A stretch of 64,000 bases of DNA from an uncultured Spirochaetales bacterium (GTDB lineage Bacteria > Spirochaetota > Spirochaetia > DAHUYW01): contig CAZDMH010000003.1 in NCBI GenBank assembly GCA_964506755.1, positions 166,596 to 230,595 on the forward strand, read 5' to 3'. The translations under genes and the position numbers were made by a program. Positions 38,022 to 47,652 of the stretch are shown here, in pieces (the stretch's first letter is position 1; each line of letters starts with the position of its first letter). The notes beneath the pieces were generated by a model, which made no database searches, was not told the origin of the DNA, and saw only the letters and a program-made list of their open reading frames with translations.

Positions 38022-39059
38022 GTGAATAGCTTCCCGTTTGACCGCCCAATCTATCTCTATCATTCAACTTCCGACGATGTCTTTCGCAACCTCGCCAGGG
38101 AGGAGTTCCTATTCGACCATCTTCCGGAGGGCTCGAAGGCACTTCTGCTCTATGTAGATTCGCCCGCGATTGTATTTGGAAAACATCAGAACCCCTGGCG
38201 GGAGTGTTCCCTCGCTGTGCTGAGAGAGAGGGGCATTCCGATCGCACGACGAATTTCAGGAGGTGGCACAGTATACCACGATCTCGGCAACCTCAACTTC
38301 TCCTTTGTCCTTCCGAAAGAGGGATTCAACCGTCACAAAAATCTCACGTACGTTGCAGCAGCGCTCGGCCGGCTCGGTGTCGAGGCGGAGATCAATGACC
38401 GATACGACATATACGCCGGCGGGAAGAAGGTTTCGGGCAACGCTTTCTGTTTTCGACGCGAGCGCGCCCTGCATCACGGCACTCTGCTCGTGCGCTCGAA
38501 ACTGAAGGACCTTCGAGGTGCCCTCGTTGGAATGAAAGGAATCGAGACCTTTGCAGTAGAATCCCGGCCGGCGCAGGTCGTCAACCTCGCCGACATCGAG
38601 CCCCGAGTTACCCTCGACGCCATCGCAGAGGCCCTCGTAGAAGAGGTGGTAACAGGCTGGTCGGGCACCGAAGATGTCCATGGATCGGCGGTCTACCGTA
38701 TCGGCGACGAACAGCCTGACAACGAGGAAGTTCTCGAGCTCGATCATCGAAATCGCAGCGCCGGGTGGCTGTTCGACCGAACTCCCAGGTTCACCATCGA
38801 GCTCGATCCGCCGGACGGCACCTTTGGGCGTCGTGACGAGGTCGATAACACCCATCGCCGCTTGAGGCTGACGGTCGACAAGGGGCGGATCGAATCGGTG
38901 ACGACCGAGGCGACGGCGCCCGGGCCCGATGATCTCTCGAGCATTCTCACGACGTCACTCGAAGGGCTGCACTTCGATTCAGAGACAATTGCCCAGGCTC
39001 TCGAGCGCAACCCGAAGCTCACCCGGCTCACCAGCTGGTTCCGCGAGCTGGGGCTGTAG
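38022..39059 (+). CDS. lplA: Lipoate-protein ligase A
   Basis: RRISGGGTVYHDLGN matches the LplA/LipB-fold signature (E. coli RRSSGGGAVFHDLGN). 345 aa. GTG start. Confidence 0.8.
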   Translation: MNSFPFDRPIYLYHSTSDDVFRNLAREEFLFDHLPEGSKALLLYVDSPAIVFGKHQNPWRECSLAVLRERGIPIARRISGGGTVYHDLGNLNFSFVLPKEGFNRHKNLTYVAAALGRLGVEAEINDRYDIYAGGKKVSGNAFCFRRERALHHGTLLVRSKLKDLRGALVGMKGIETFAVESRPAQVVNLADIEPRVTLDAIAEALVEEVVTGWSGTEDVHGSAVYRIGDEQPDNEEVLELDHRNRSAGWLFDRTPRFTIELDPPDGTFGRRDEVDNTHRRLRLTVDKGRIESVTTEATAPGPDDLSSILTTSLEGLHFDSETIAQALERNPKLTRLTSWFRELGL

Positions 39060-39128
39060 TCCACCGGCCAAAGAAGCATTTGAATCGGCGGCTGCAGCTG
39101 CTATACTGTATAGGTAAGGTGGTAGGAG

Positions 39129-40250
39129 ATGACGCAGTTTCGGAACGAAATAGACAGCCGAGTGCTCACCCAACGCGCCCGGCCGAGGGAAGAGGATCAT
39201 CGCGGCTACTATTTCCGAGACATCACCGCCATCATCCACTCCTATCCCTTTCGTCGTCTCAAGCACAAGACGCAGGTCTTCTTCGCGCCGAAGAACGACC
39301 ATATCTGCACACGCATCGAGCACGTCATGCACGTTGCAACCATTTCGGCGACGATCTGCAAGGCGCTTGAGCTCGACGTCGACCTCGCATGGGCGATTAG
39401 TCTCGGGCACGACCTTGGACACACTCCCTTCGGTCATGTCGGAGAGAAGGTACTCGATTCGCTGATTGCCGATCGTGGAGGGTTCAATCACGAATTGTTC
39501 TCTTTGCGGGTTGTCGATCACATCATCAACTACGGAAAAGGGCTCAACCTGACCTACGCCGTTCGTGACGGCATCATCAACCACTGCGGTGAGGAGTTCG
39601 AGCAGAGCCTGCGTCCCGATTTCCACTTCAAGGACTTAGGCAAGATCACTCGTCTCGGAACCTACCCGACCACCTGGGAGGGGACAATCATGAGGATGGC
39701 GGACAAGGTGGCCTATCTCGGTCGCGACATAGAAGATGCAATTCAGCTCAAGTTGATCCGCAAGTCGGAGCTGCCCGAGGAGTCGGTCAGGCTGCTCGGC
39801 GACACGAATAGTGAGATCATCGACACAATGGTGAACGATATCATTCGCACCTCGCTGGCGAGCGGGGCGATCGGATTCTCCGACGAAGTCTATCATGCCC
39901 TTCTCGTGCTGAAGGATTTCAACTACGAACGGATCTATCTCAATCCGATCCTCGCCGATTACCACACCTACTTCCACCGGATCATGAGAACTCTTTTCGA
40001 CTACCTGGGAGAGCTGTTTGCGAAATGCGGACTCGATTTTGAGAGATACGCTGCCGAGAAGAACCAGCTCGCCGTCCGATTCGGAGACTATCTGTCGAAG
40101 ATGCGGGATTTCTACGCGAACACCGAAAAGTCATGGGACCGTGCTATCGTCGATTATCTAGCTGGAATGACCGACGACTTCGCGCTTGAGTGCGTCAATG
40201 ATGTGATGATTCCCAAGCGCTTCGATACACTCTTCGACGCGCCGGCCTGA
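39129..40250 (+). CDS. dGTP triphosphohydrolase-like HD-domain phosphohydrolase
   Basis: HD motif ISLGHDLGHTPFGH. dGTPase-family architecture, 373 aa. SD AGGAG before ATG 39129. Confidence 0.75.
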   Translation: MTQFRNEIDSRVLTQRARPREEDHRGYYFRDITAIIHSYPFRRLKHKTQVFFAPKNDHICTRIEHVMHVATISATICKALELDVDLAWAISLGHDLGHTPFGHVGEKVLDSLIADRGGFNHELFSLRVVDHIINYGKGLNLTYAVRDGIINHCGEEFEQSLRPDFHFKDLGKITRLGTYPTTWEGTIMRMADKVAYLGRDIEDAIQLKLIRKSELPEESVRLLGDTNSEIIDTMVNDIIRTSLASGAIGFSDEVYHALLVLKDFNYERIYLNPILADYHTYFHRIMRTLFDYLGELFAKCGLDFERYAAEKNQLAVRFGDYLSKMRDFYANTEKSWDRAIVDYLAGMTDDFALECVNDVMIPKRFDTLFDAPA

Positions 40251-40270
40251 ATCGACCGGCGACCGAACGC

Positions 40271-41473
40271 CTAGAGGGCAGTCTCTTCTTCTCCTCCCGA
40301 AAGAATCCGACGGACGACGCTGGAGTCGGGTTCGATGTCGAGATCGAGCCCGCAGACCTCCGTTAGCAACCGGTGAAGACCCTTTGGGGCTTCCTGCGAC
40401 GCAAATCGGCGGTCACCGGAGTACATGATGCCGTGCTCGTCGGTTGCGCGAAACTTCACTGCGGCGCGAATCGCCGCAGCAATCGATGAGTAGGGCAACC
40501 CGTGGCGGGCCGCGAGGAGACAGGCTCCGACCAGTCGATCCTCTCGGCCGAGCTTCCGGTACAGGTCTCTTCCTACTCGGAAGATCGTGTCTCCGAGAGC
40601 ACGATTCGCGAAGCGACGAAGCAGGTCCTGTATGTGCTCCTCGAGATCCTCCGCCGTGAGATCGTCGGGATATTCCCGGCTGAGTGCCGCCGCAGCCTCA
40701 CGCATCGCATCCGTCACCTTCGCCACGACAGAACGGTCGGTGAGCGGTTCCCAAATATAGGTAAAGGCCTCATTGCTTTCGTAGCCGAAGTACGCGACCG
40801 CAGCGTGTCCGAGATTGTGGACAAATAGCTTTCGATCGACGTAGGCGTTGATGTTGTCTACCGCTTTAATTGCCGGAAGGTCGGGGACCGGCCCGCAGAA
40901 CCCGTGACGGTCGACGATGAGAGTGTTGTAGGCCTCGGCGAACACCCAGAGGGGGTCCCGCGCTCGGTCCTCGTCGGTCATGATCGGCACCATCTTCCCG
41001 ATGCTCGTCTCCACAAGGCCGACCTGCCGGTCGAGGGAGAAAGCGGGGGGAAGGTGTTCGCCGAGGCCGGCCCGGAAGAGGGCGGCGCCGCCGCGGATGT
41101 TCTCGGCGATGATGATATCCACGGGCGCGGTTGCACCGGCCCCCGCGCGTGCCTTTATTCCTTCAGCAAGGGCGGGGAAGACGTGGGGGAGGGCGTTCTT
41201 ACCGACTGAGGTCGCGATAAGGTCGGTATCGGCGATCTCGGCGGCAATCACCGATCGTTCGGAAGCCCGTACCCCGCGAACGTTCTCGACCCAAACGGTC
41301 TCATCGGGCGCATCGTTCCGCTTGACGATGACGCGGTAGCGATGCTCACGGTTAAGTGCGTCGACGAGCGCGTCGTCGATGTCCACGAAGACGACTTCGT
41401 AGCCGGAGCGGGCAAACAGCTGCCCGATGAACGAGCGACCGATATTGCCGCCGCCAAACTGTACAAGTCTCAA
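40271..41473 (-). CDS. Mannitol dehydrogenase family protein (mannitol-1-phosphate 5-dehydrogenase-like)
   Basis: From TTG: MRLVQFGGGNIGRSFIGQLFARSGYEVVFVDID matches E. coli MtlD [20 protein letters not shown]. Also IIIAENI and DRKLFVHNLGHAAVAYFG motifs. The track ORF is over-extended into the PfkB gene. The TTG start overlaps the TGA of the upstream kinase (cgTTGAga). Confidence 0.7.
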   Translation of the reverse strand: MRLVQFGGGNIGRSFIGQLFARSGYEVVFVDIDDALVDALNREHRYRVIVKRNDAPDETVWVENVRGVRASERSVIAAEIADTDLIATSVGKNALPHVFPALAEGIKARAGAGATAPVDIIIAENIRGGAALFRAGLGEHLPPAFSLDRQVGLVETSIGKMVPIMTDEDRARDPLWVFAEAYNTLIVDRHGFCGPVPDLPAIKAVDNINAYVDRKLFVHNLGHAAVAYFGYESNEAFTYIWEPLTDRSVVAKVTDAMREAAAALSREYPDDLTAEDLEEHIQDLLRRFANRALGDTIFRVGRDLYRKLGREDRLVGACLLAARHGLPYSSIAAAIRAAVKFRATDEHGIMYSGDRRFASQEAPKGLHRLLTEVCGLDLDIEPDSSVVRRILSGGEEETAL

Positions 41474-42711
41474 CGCCGGCCCCCGTTCGCGATCATGCGG
41501 TCGAAGGGAATTATCGGGGTGGCGGAGCGGACCTGTCCGCGGTAGGCCTCGTAGATCGGCTCGATTGCGTCCCTTTTCTCGCCGCGGCGCCGCTCGTGAA
41601 AGGTGCCGCCGAGGTAGAAACAGGCGAAACCGCCGCTCGCGATTCCGAGCGCACAGGCCGAGGGGAGATCGATCGCGCCCGGCTTCGGGCCCGCGAGCTG
41701 CAGGGCGAGGCTGGCGATGACCCCTCCCGCGAAGTTGTCGCCGCAGCCGGTGGTGTCCCCTGCGCCGGTGAAGCTTGCGAGCCTGCGTCCTACCTCCTCT
41801 GAAACCGGGAGGTTCCCGCTGCATTCGGCAAAGAGGCTCCCGTTGGAGAAGAAACGAACCGGATCGGGACCGCTCGTAATTGCAAACGCCCCGACACCGT
41901 GTCCCTCGAAGAAATCCGCGGCCTCTTCGGTCGATGAAGTACCGCTCAAACGCAACGCTTCTTCCCTGTCGGTGATGAGCAAATCGATGAGTCGGTAGCT
42001 TTCGTCGCTAGATCCCAGGGGCCAGCGGCCGTTGGGGTCGCGTTTTTCGCTTCTGAAATCATAGACGGTCGTAACGACGGTCTTCCTATCGAGCTCCTTT
42101 CCCCGCCGCAGCAGCTCGGTGACTCCGTCGTGCAGTCGTGGAACGAGGCCGGTGGCGCCGAATAGGAGAATGTCCCCGGCGAAGAAGCTCTCCTCGAGAT
42201 CTTCCGGGGTGAGCTGCCACGCGGCGGCAACGTTGTTGATGAAGGTGCGTTCGCCCTGCCCGTCGTGATAACGCGGATCGGAAAGCACGTAGGTCACCGG
42301 CGAGTCGCCCGGAACCACCTTGTAGTGTCTGATGTCGAGCGTCGACTCTGCGATCGTACGGCGGATGAATGCACCGTTGTCGTCGTCTCCCGCCGCTGCG
42401 ATGAAGGTGAGCGTGATGTCGTCCCTGCCCGAGAGGAGCTGAGACGCGTTGATCAGCGCTACTACCGCCGGACCTCCGAGGTTGCGGGAGGCGGGTGTAC
42501 TGTCGCCGGTTATTTCACCGAGGATTTCGTGGATACCCACCCCGGAGAAACGCTCAATTTCCTCCGCGAATACGAGCTTCCCGGGAACGAGGCCGCCGTC
42601 ACCCGGCGAGCGAGAGCGGTATTTCTCGAACGGCTTCCCGCCGAAGTCGATGTTGGTGTACAGCAGGTCTGCGAGTGAACAACCGGTTCCGGAGATTATG
42701 AATGGTGGCAC
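41470..42711 (-). CDS. PfkB-family carbohydrate kinase (fructokinase/ketohexokinase-like)
   Basis: DTTGCGDNFAGG matches the PfkB C-terminal signature (DTTGAGD). 413 aa. GTG start. Confidence 0.8.
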   Translation of the reverse strand: MPPFIISGTGCSLADLLYTNIDFGGKPFEKYRSRSPGDGGLVPGKLVFAEEIERFSGVGIHEILGEITGDSTPASRNLGGPAVVALINASQLLSGRDDITLTFIAAAGDDDNGAFIRRTIAESTLDIRHYKVVPGDSPVTYVLSDPRYHDGQGERTFINNVAAAWQLTPEDLEESFFAGDILLFGATGLVPRLHDGVTELLRRGKELDRKTVVTTVYDFRSEKRDPNGRWPLGSSDESYRLIDLLITDREEALRLSGTSSTEEAADFFEGHGVGAFAITSGPDPVRFFSNGSLFAECSGNLPVSEEVGRRLASFTGAGDTTGCGDNFAGGVIASLALQLAGPKPGAIDLPSACALGIASGGFACFYLGGTFHERRRGEKRDAIEPIYEAYRGQVRSATPIIPFDRMIANGGRR

Positions 42712-42756
42712 GCGTCGATTATACGGATTGTGATTCGGCGTCTCAAGTCGGCGGTC

Positions 42757-43200
42757 TCACGAATCGACGTCGGACCAATCCTCGAACAATTTCCGGTACA
42801 GCAGCCGCAGCGCACGCATTCGGCCGGCAAGATCGCTCACGACCGATTCGGAACGGTAGTGCCATCTCGGCTCGAATACTCCCGTTTGCGACCAGGGGTT
42901 GTCCGGTTCGCTGCCCGTCGGCCAGACGTGCGGTCGGCCGCCCGGGCTCCAGCTCCTGGCCTCCCGCCGGGCACTGCCGACAGAAGAAGCCCGCGATCGG
43001 TCGAGCATGTCGTTGTAGTTGCGCCGGCTCTCGGGGTCGCTGAGGACGTCGTAGGCCTCCTGAACGTCTCGAAACCGAGAGCCGTCGAGCGCCCGATTTT
43101 GGTCGGGATGACTGCCCTTCACCTGCCGTCGGTAGGCCTGCTTTATCTGTTCTTCGTTTGAACCTCGATCGATGTCGAGAATCAGATAGTAGTCTTTCAT
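42757..43200 (-). CDS. J-domain (DnaJ-like) protein
   Basis: DYYLILDIDRGSNEEQIKQAYRRQVKGSHPD contains the HPD tripeptide of J-domains. 147 aa. Confidence 0.7.
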   Translation of the reverse strand: MKDYYLILDIDRGSNEEQIKQAYRRQVKGSHPDQNRALDGSRFRDVQEAYDVLSDPESRRNYNDMLDRSRASSVGSARREARSWSPGGRPHVWPTGSEPDNPWSQTGVFEPRWHYRSESVVSDLAGRMRALRLLYRKLFEDWSDVDS

Positions 43201-43378
43201 GTCGCATCAACCTCCTCAGTTTGGGTGGTAGGTGCGTCGATTCCGCAAGTTGAGACGTGCTCTCGATAAATTTCGCACCACTGCGACTCAGAGTCAAGCG
43301 TGTGATCCCTCATAATCTGTTTCATCATTCATTCCCACCTGTGCAAAACGGACTCCTTTCGATAGAATCGTCGTCACT

Positions 43379-46117
43379 GTGGGCATCGGTCGGGTTCCAC
43401 TCCGACACAATCACAACAAGAAGGACGAGTGTACATTGAAGATCAAACTATCGTGGCTCAGACTAATCGCACTCTTTTCACTTTCGATTACCCTCCTCGC
43501 GTTCGAGCTCGGCATCATGCGCCTCTTTTCGGTAGGCAGCTGGTCGAACTTCGGTTCGATGGTCATCAGCATCTGTCTGCTCGGGTTCGGGCTGGCAGGC
43601 ACGCTCCTCACCCTTATTCAGAAACACATTCTGAGGAATCCGAATACCTGGCTGTTTACAACTGCGTTCCTCATGGGACCGACGATGGCTCTGGCGCAGG
43701 TACTTGGCCAGCAGGTTCCGTTCAATCCGGTGCTTATCTCGAGCGATTCGACACAGCTCTGGTGGATTGCCGCCTATTACGTGATCTATGCCGTTCCGTT
43801 TTTCCTGGGAGCGTTGTTCATCGGTATCATATTCATGTCGCTGAGCAGCAAGATTCACCAACTCTATTTTTGGAATATGCTCGGATCGGGTATCGGGGGG
43901 TTCGTTATCCTCTTGCTCATGTTCCTACTCCCTCCGAGCAAGCTCATACTCCCGTTGCTTGCGCTGGCTGCGCTGACTGCCTTGCTGTGCACGGTGGATT
44001 GGAGCCCGGCCCTCGGGCGTCTGACCGTGGGCATCGGCAAAGCCGTGCTCGTCGTCGTTGTTTTCGCTGCTTCGTTCCTGCTCGTCGAGTACGCGGGCCA
44101 GATCCATGTATCGCAGTTCAAGCCGATCAGCTACGCGAAGCGCTTTCCGGACGTCCGCGAGGTTTACAAGCACTACAGCCCAATGGGCCAGATGCAGGTC
44201 TTTGCGAGCTCATACTTTCATTTTGCGCCGGGTTTGAGTGACAACGCGAGCCTGAATCTCAATCAGATGCCGCGCGACGCCTACCTTGGGCTCTACACCG
44301 ACGGCGGCGGACCGGTGGGGATCATGCGCAAGCTGGCGCCGCAGGAAGAGAAGTACATAGACTACCTCCCGATGTCGGCACCCTATCTCTTGCTCAAGCA
44401 CCCGAACGTCTTGCTCCTCAAGATGGGGGGCGGAGTCGGCATCTTCACAGCCCTCTATCACGGCGCCAACCACGTCGATATCGCCGAACCCAATCCCGAC
44501 CTCATCCATATGATGAAGGACGTTCCGTTCTTCGAGAAGTTCAACGGCGAGCTCCTCCGCGATCCGCGGGTTACGGTCTACAACCAGGAGCCGCGAGCCT
44601 ATACCGCTTCGACGAACAAACGATACAACCTGGTGGAAATCAGCCTCATCGACTCCATCGGGCTGTCACAGGCGGGCGGATACCCGATCGATGAAAACTA
44701 TGTCTATACCGTTCAGGGCATGGAAGACTACCTCAAGAGCTTGAAGAAGGACGGGATACTCTCGGTGACCGTTTGGAATACGGTCGATCCTCCCCAGAAC
44801 GTTCCCAAGCTGATGACGACGATCGTTCAGTCCCTCAAGAACGAAGGGGTTCCGCACCCGGAGAAGCGGATCTTCGCCTTTGATCTGTTGCTCTCGACCG
44901 CCACGGTCCTCGTGAAGAACTCTGATTTCACTCCGCAGCAGATCCAGACCCTCCGCGATTTCTGCAACCGGATGTCCTTCGATGTCGCCTACTACCCTGG
45001 GATGCCCGATCCGAAGGGTACCAATTTCGACAGGATCCTTCAGGGCTATCAGAACCTCTACAGCGACAATCCGCAAACCGCTTCCTCGACCCCGGCAACC
45101 ACCACTTCGAAATCCTCCACTCAGGGATCACAGGCCGCTCAAGGTGGACTTGCCGCCCAACTCGGTTCCGGCACGGCTTCCGACCCGAAGGGATCGGCAA
45201 ACTCGGACCTCCTTCCCGGAGCACAGATGCAGACGTCTTCACAGCAGCTCAAGCCGAATGATCTCTATCACTACACTCTCGAGTGGATGCTGGGGGGCAA
45301 GGCCAAGCAGCTCTACAAGAAATACATCTTCGACATCCGACCGGCCACGGACAACCGTCCCTACTACTCTGCCTACATGAAGACCTCGAATATCGGCGAG
45401 ATGGCACGCCACATCGGGCAGGTGCCGGAGGTCTGGGGACAGCTGCTGCTTTTCGGAACCCTCCTGCAGTCGATCATATTCGGCCTGATCATCATTATCC
45501 TTCCGGTCGTGGGTAGATGGCGCGCAATCTTCAGTCGACGCAAGGGGACGCTCGGTGTAATCGTCTACTTTGGTGCTCTCGGTCTGGGCTACATGATGGC
45601 CGAGATCTATCTCATGCAGCGATTCGTCTTCTTCCTTGCCGATCCGATCTACTCGTCCTCGATCGTCATCACGACGATGCTCGTCTTCTCCGGATTCGGC
45701 AGTCTCTACAGCCAGCGGTTCCGGGCAAACCGCTTGCGAATGATCTGGATAGCCGTCGCCGGCATCGCGATCTCGGTTCTCTTCTACCTTTTCTTACTGT
45801 CACCGGTCCTCAATGCGGCCCTCGGCCTGCCGCTGATCGTCAAGATTCTTATCGCGATTGCTTTGATCGCCCCAGCCGCTTTCTGTCTGGGAATTCCCTT
45901 CCCGACAGCGCTCGATAGCCTTTCGGAGAATCGCAGAAGTCTCCTGCCTTGGGCGTGGGGGATGAACGGCGCCCTCTCGGTGACCGGGTCCGAGCTCTCG
46001 CGGATCGTCTCGATTTCATGGGGCTTCGCTGTCGTCCTGGTCGCTATCATCCTCGTTTACATCGTCGCGGCCCTCGTGTTCAAATCGAACGAAATCGCCG
46101 ACGAGCGGGCCGGCTGA
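43379..46117 (+). CDS. Polytopic membrane protein fused to a spermidine-synthase-like (polyamine aminopropyltransferase) domain, with low-complexity S/T/Q-rich linker
   Basis: N-terminal and C-terminal multi-TM blocks. Central soluble domain with LLLKMGGGVGIF..HVDIAEPNPD (SAM/spermidine-synthase-like). Linker PATTTSKSSTQGSQAAQGG. GTG 43379 or TTG 43436 start. Confidence 0.65.
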   Translation: MGIGRVPLRHNHNKKDECTLKIKLSWLRLIALFSLSITLLAFELGIMRLFSVGSWSNFGSMVISICLLGFGLAGTLLTLIQKHILRNPNTWLFTTAFLMGPTMALAQVLGQQVPFNPVLISSDSTQLWWIAAYYVIYAVPFFLGALFIGIIFMSLSSKIHQLYFWNMLGSGIGGFVILLLMFLLPPSKLILPLLALAALTALLCTVDWSPALGRLTVGIGKAVLVVVVFAASFLLVEYAGQIHVSQFKPISYAKRFPDVREVYKHYSPMGQMQVFASSYFHFAPGLSDNASLNLNQMPRDAYLGLYTDGGGPVGIMRKLAPQEEKYIDYLPMSAPYLLLKHPNVLLLKMGGGVGIFTALYHGANHVDIAEPNPDLIHMMKDVPFFEKFNGELLRDPRVTVYNQEPRAYTASTNKRYNLVEISLIDSIGLSQAGGYPIDENYVYTVQGMEDYLKSLKKDGILSVTVWNTVDPPQNVPKLMTTIVQSLKNEGVPHPEKRIFAFDLLLSTATVLVKNSDFTPQQIQTLRDFCNRMSFDVAYYPGMPDPKGTNFDRILQGYQNLYSDNPQTASSTPATTTSKSSTQGSQAAQGGLAAQLGSGTASDPKGSANSDLLPGAQMQTSSQQLKPNDLYHYTLEWMLGGKAKQLYKKYIFDIRPATDNRPYYSAYMKTSNIGEMARHIGQVPEVWGQLLLFGTLLQSIIFGLIIIILPVVGRWRAIFSRRKGTLGVIVYFGALGLGYMMAEIYLMQRFVFFLADPIYSSSIVITTMLVFSGFGSLYSQRFRANRLRMIWIAVAGIAISVLFYLFLLSPVLNAALGLPLIVKILIAIALIAPAAFCLGIPFPTALDSLSENRRSLLPWAWGMNGALSVTGSELSRIVSISWGFAVVLVAIILVYIVAALVFKSNEIADERAG

Positions 46118-46128
46118 AGGAACTGCTC

Positions 46129-47172
46129 GTGAGATACAAAGCGCTCGTCGTCAGAGAGTCGAACGAAGTCGCACCCCGCAGCGCTGCCGCGGGTGAGGAG
46201 ACTGAGGCGGTCAGGAATGCTCGGTACGTTCAGACAGTCGAGGAATGCGACAGCGTGAACCTGCCGGCGGGCGAGCTGCTCGTCAGAGTGAGGTACTCCT
46301 CCCTGAACTACAAGGACGCTCTCTCGGCGAACGGCAATCGGGGAGTCACCCGGAGCTATCCACACACTCCCGGCATAGACGCCGCCGGGGTAGTCGCCGA
46401 AAGCACCTCGAACGATTTTCGCGAAGGGGATGAGGTCATCGTCACGGGTTTCGATCTGGGCATGAACACCCCCGGAGGATTCGGAGAGTATATCCGGGTG
46501 CCGGCAGCCTGGGCTCTGCATCTTCCGACGGGTATGAGCCTGCGAGACTCCATGAGCTACGGGACTGCCGGCCTTACCGCTGCCATTGCCGTCCAACGCC
46601 TCGTCTCTGCAGGGGTCGATTCGAAGAGTGGCCGCGTGCTCGTGACCGGGGCAAAAGGGGGCGTCGGAGGTTTCGCGGTTGCCATACTGTCTCGCATCGG
46701 CTTTCAGGTCGAGGCGGCAACCGGGACCAAATCGGCCGAAGACTATCTGAAGGGACTCGGCGCGTTGAAGATCGTATCCCGCGATAGGCTCGAGCGCGAT
46801 GAAACGAAGCCTTTGCTTCATGCGGATTGGAGCGGGGCGGTGGATACCGTCGGAGGGAAGATCCTCGCGACCGTGATTCGCTCCGTCGGTTACGGCGGAG
46901 CCGTGGCCGCCTGCGGAAACGTTGCCTCCGGCAGCTTCGACGGAACGGTATATCCGTTCATACTGCGAGGGGTGAGTCTACTCGGTGTCGACTCGGTGAG
47001 CTATCCCATGGCGATGCGCCGGCAGCTTTGGGAGAGACTGGCGGGAGATTGGAACGTGCTCGATCTGAAGCTTTCCGTCGAAGAATGTGGTCTATCTCTT
47101 CTGTCCGATCGCATTTCCCGGATGATGCAGGGTTCGCTCTTTGGCCGCGTTCTCGTCGACCTCTCGAAGTAG
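46129..47172 (+). CDS. MDR-family quinone oxidoreductase, YhdH/AcuI-like (acrylyl-CoA reductase-like)
   Basis: MRYKALVV start, SLNYKDAL and VTGAKGGVGG motifs, about 347 aa. GTG 46129 with SD GAAGGA (track ORF starts inside the upstream gene). Confidence 0.75.
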   Translation: MRYKALVVRESNEVAPRSAAAGEETEAVRNARYVQTVEECDSVNLPAGELLVRVRYSSLNYKDALSANGNRGVTRSYPHTPGIDAAGVVAESTSNDFREGDEVIVTGFDLGMNTPGGFGEYIRVPAAWALHLPTGMSLRDSMSYGTAGLTAAIAVQRLVSAGVDSKSGRVLVTGAKGGVGGFAVAILSRIGFQVEAATGTKSAEDYLKGLGALKIVSRDRLERDETKPLLHADWSGAVDTVGGKILATVIRSVGYGGAVAACGNVASGSFDGTVYPFILRGVSLLGVDSVSYPMAMRRQLWERLAGDWNVLDLKLSVEECGLSLLSDRISRMMQGSLFGRVLVDLSK

Positions 47173-47174
47173 CA

Positions 47175-47621
47175 TCACTTCGACTCGAAGCCCGGGTCGT
47201 CTGCGGCCCTGTAGGCGGCGGCGTTCAATTTGGATGACTTGTAGACCTCCGGCCGGAATGGCCTCAAGGTGACAACATTGGTGTCGGGGAGATTGCGCCG
47301 AAGCCATTCCGTTATGTCGGCCTTGAAGGTATCCTGATCATATCCCAGGCAGACGACATCCGGTTTGATGCGCCTCACGAGCGTGTAGGTTCCCGGTATC
47401 TCGTCGCCGAGCACCGCTTCGTCTACGAGCCCCGTAGCGAGTACGTACTGGCGTCGCACCTCTTCGGTATGAACCGGTTTCTTTCCTTTCCAGTCAATGA
47501 TGTAGCTGTCTCGTGCAATCGAGACCACCAAGTAATCGCCCTGTTCTCTTGCCTGCTTGAGGAAGTTGGTGTGGCCAGGATGAATCACATCGAATGCGCC
47601 GAATACCAGCACCTTTTTCAT
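47175..47621 (-). CDS. Cytidylyl/adenylyltransferase-like nucleotidyltransferase (HIGH-type, TagD/HldE C-terminal-like)
   Basis: GAFDVIHPGH matches the GxFDxxHxGH motif. 148 aa. Confidence 0.7.
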   Translation of the reverse strand: MKKVLVFGAFDVIHPGHTNFLKQAREQGDYLVVSIARDSYIIDWKGKKPVHTEEVRRQYVLATGLVDEAVLGDEIPGTYTLVRRIKPDVVCLGYDQDTFKADITEWLRRNLPDTNVVTLRPFRPEVYKSSKLNAAAYRAADDPGFESK

Positions 47622-47652
47622 AGGCGTAGGGTACCCAAAACACGGGCTTTAC

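Noticed and set aside
40271-41824. N-terminal 117-aa Arg-rich extension of the MtlD-like ORF
   Set aside because: The extension overlaps the PfkB kinase gene in another frame. The MtlD alignment begins at the internal TTG (MRLVQFGGGNIG).
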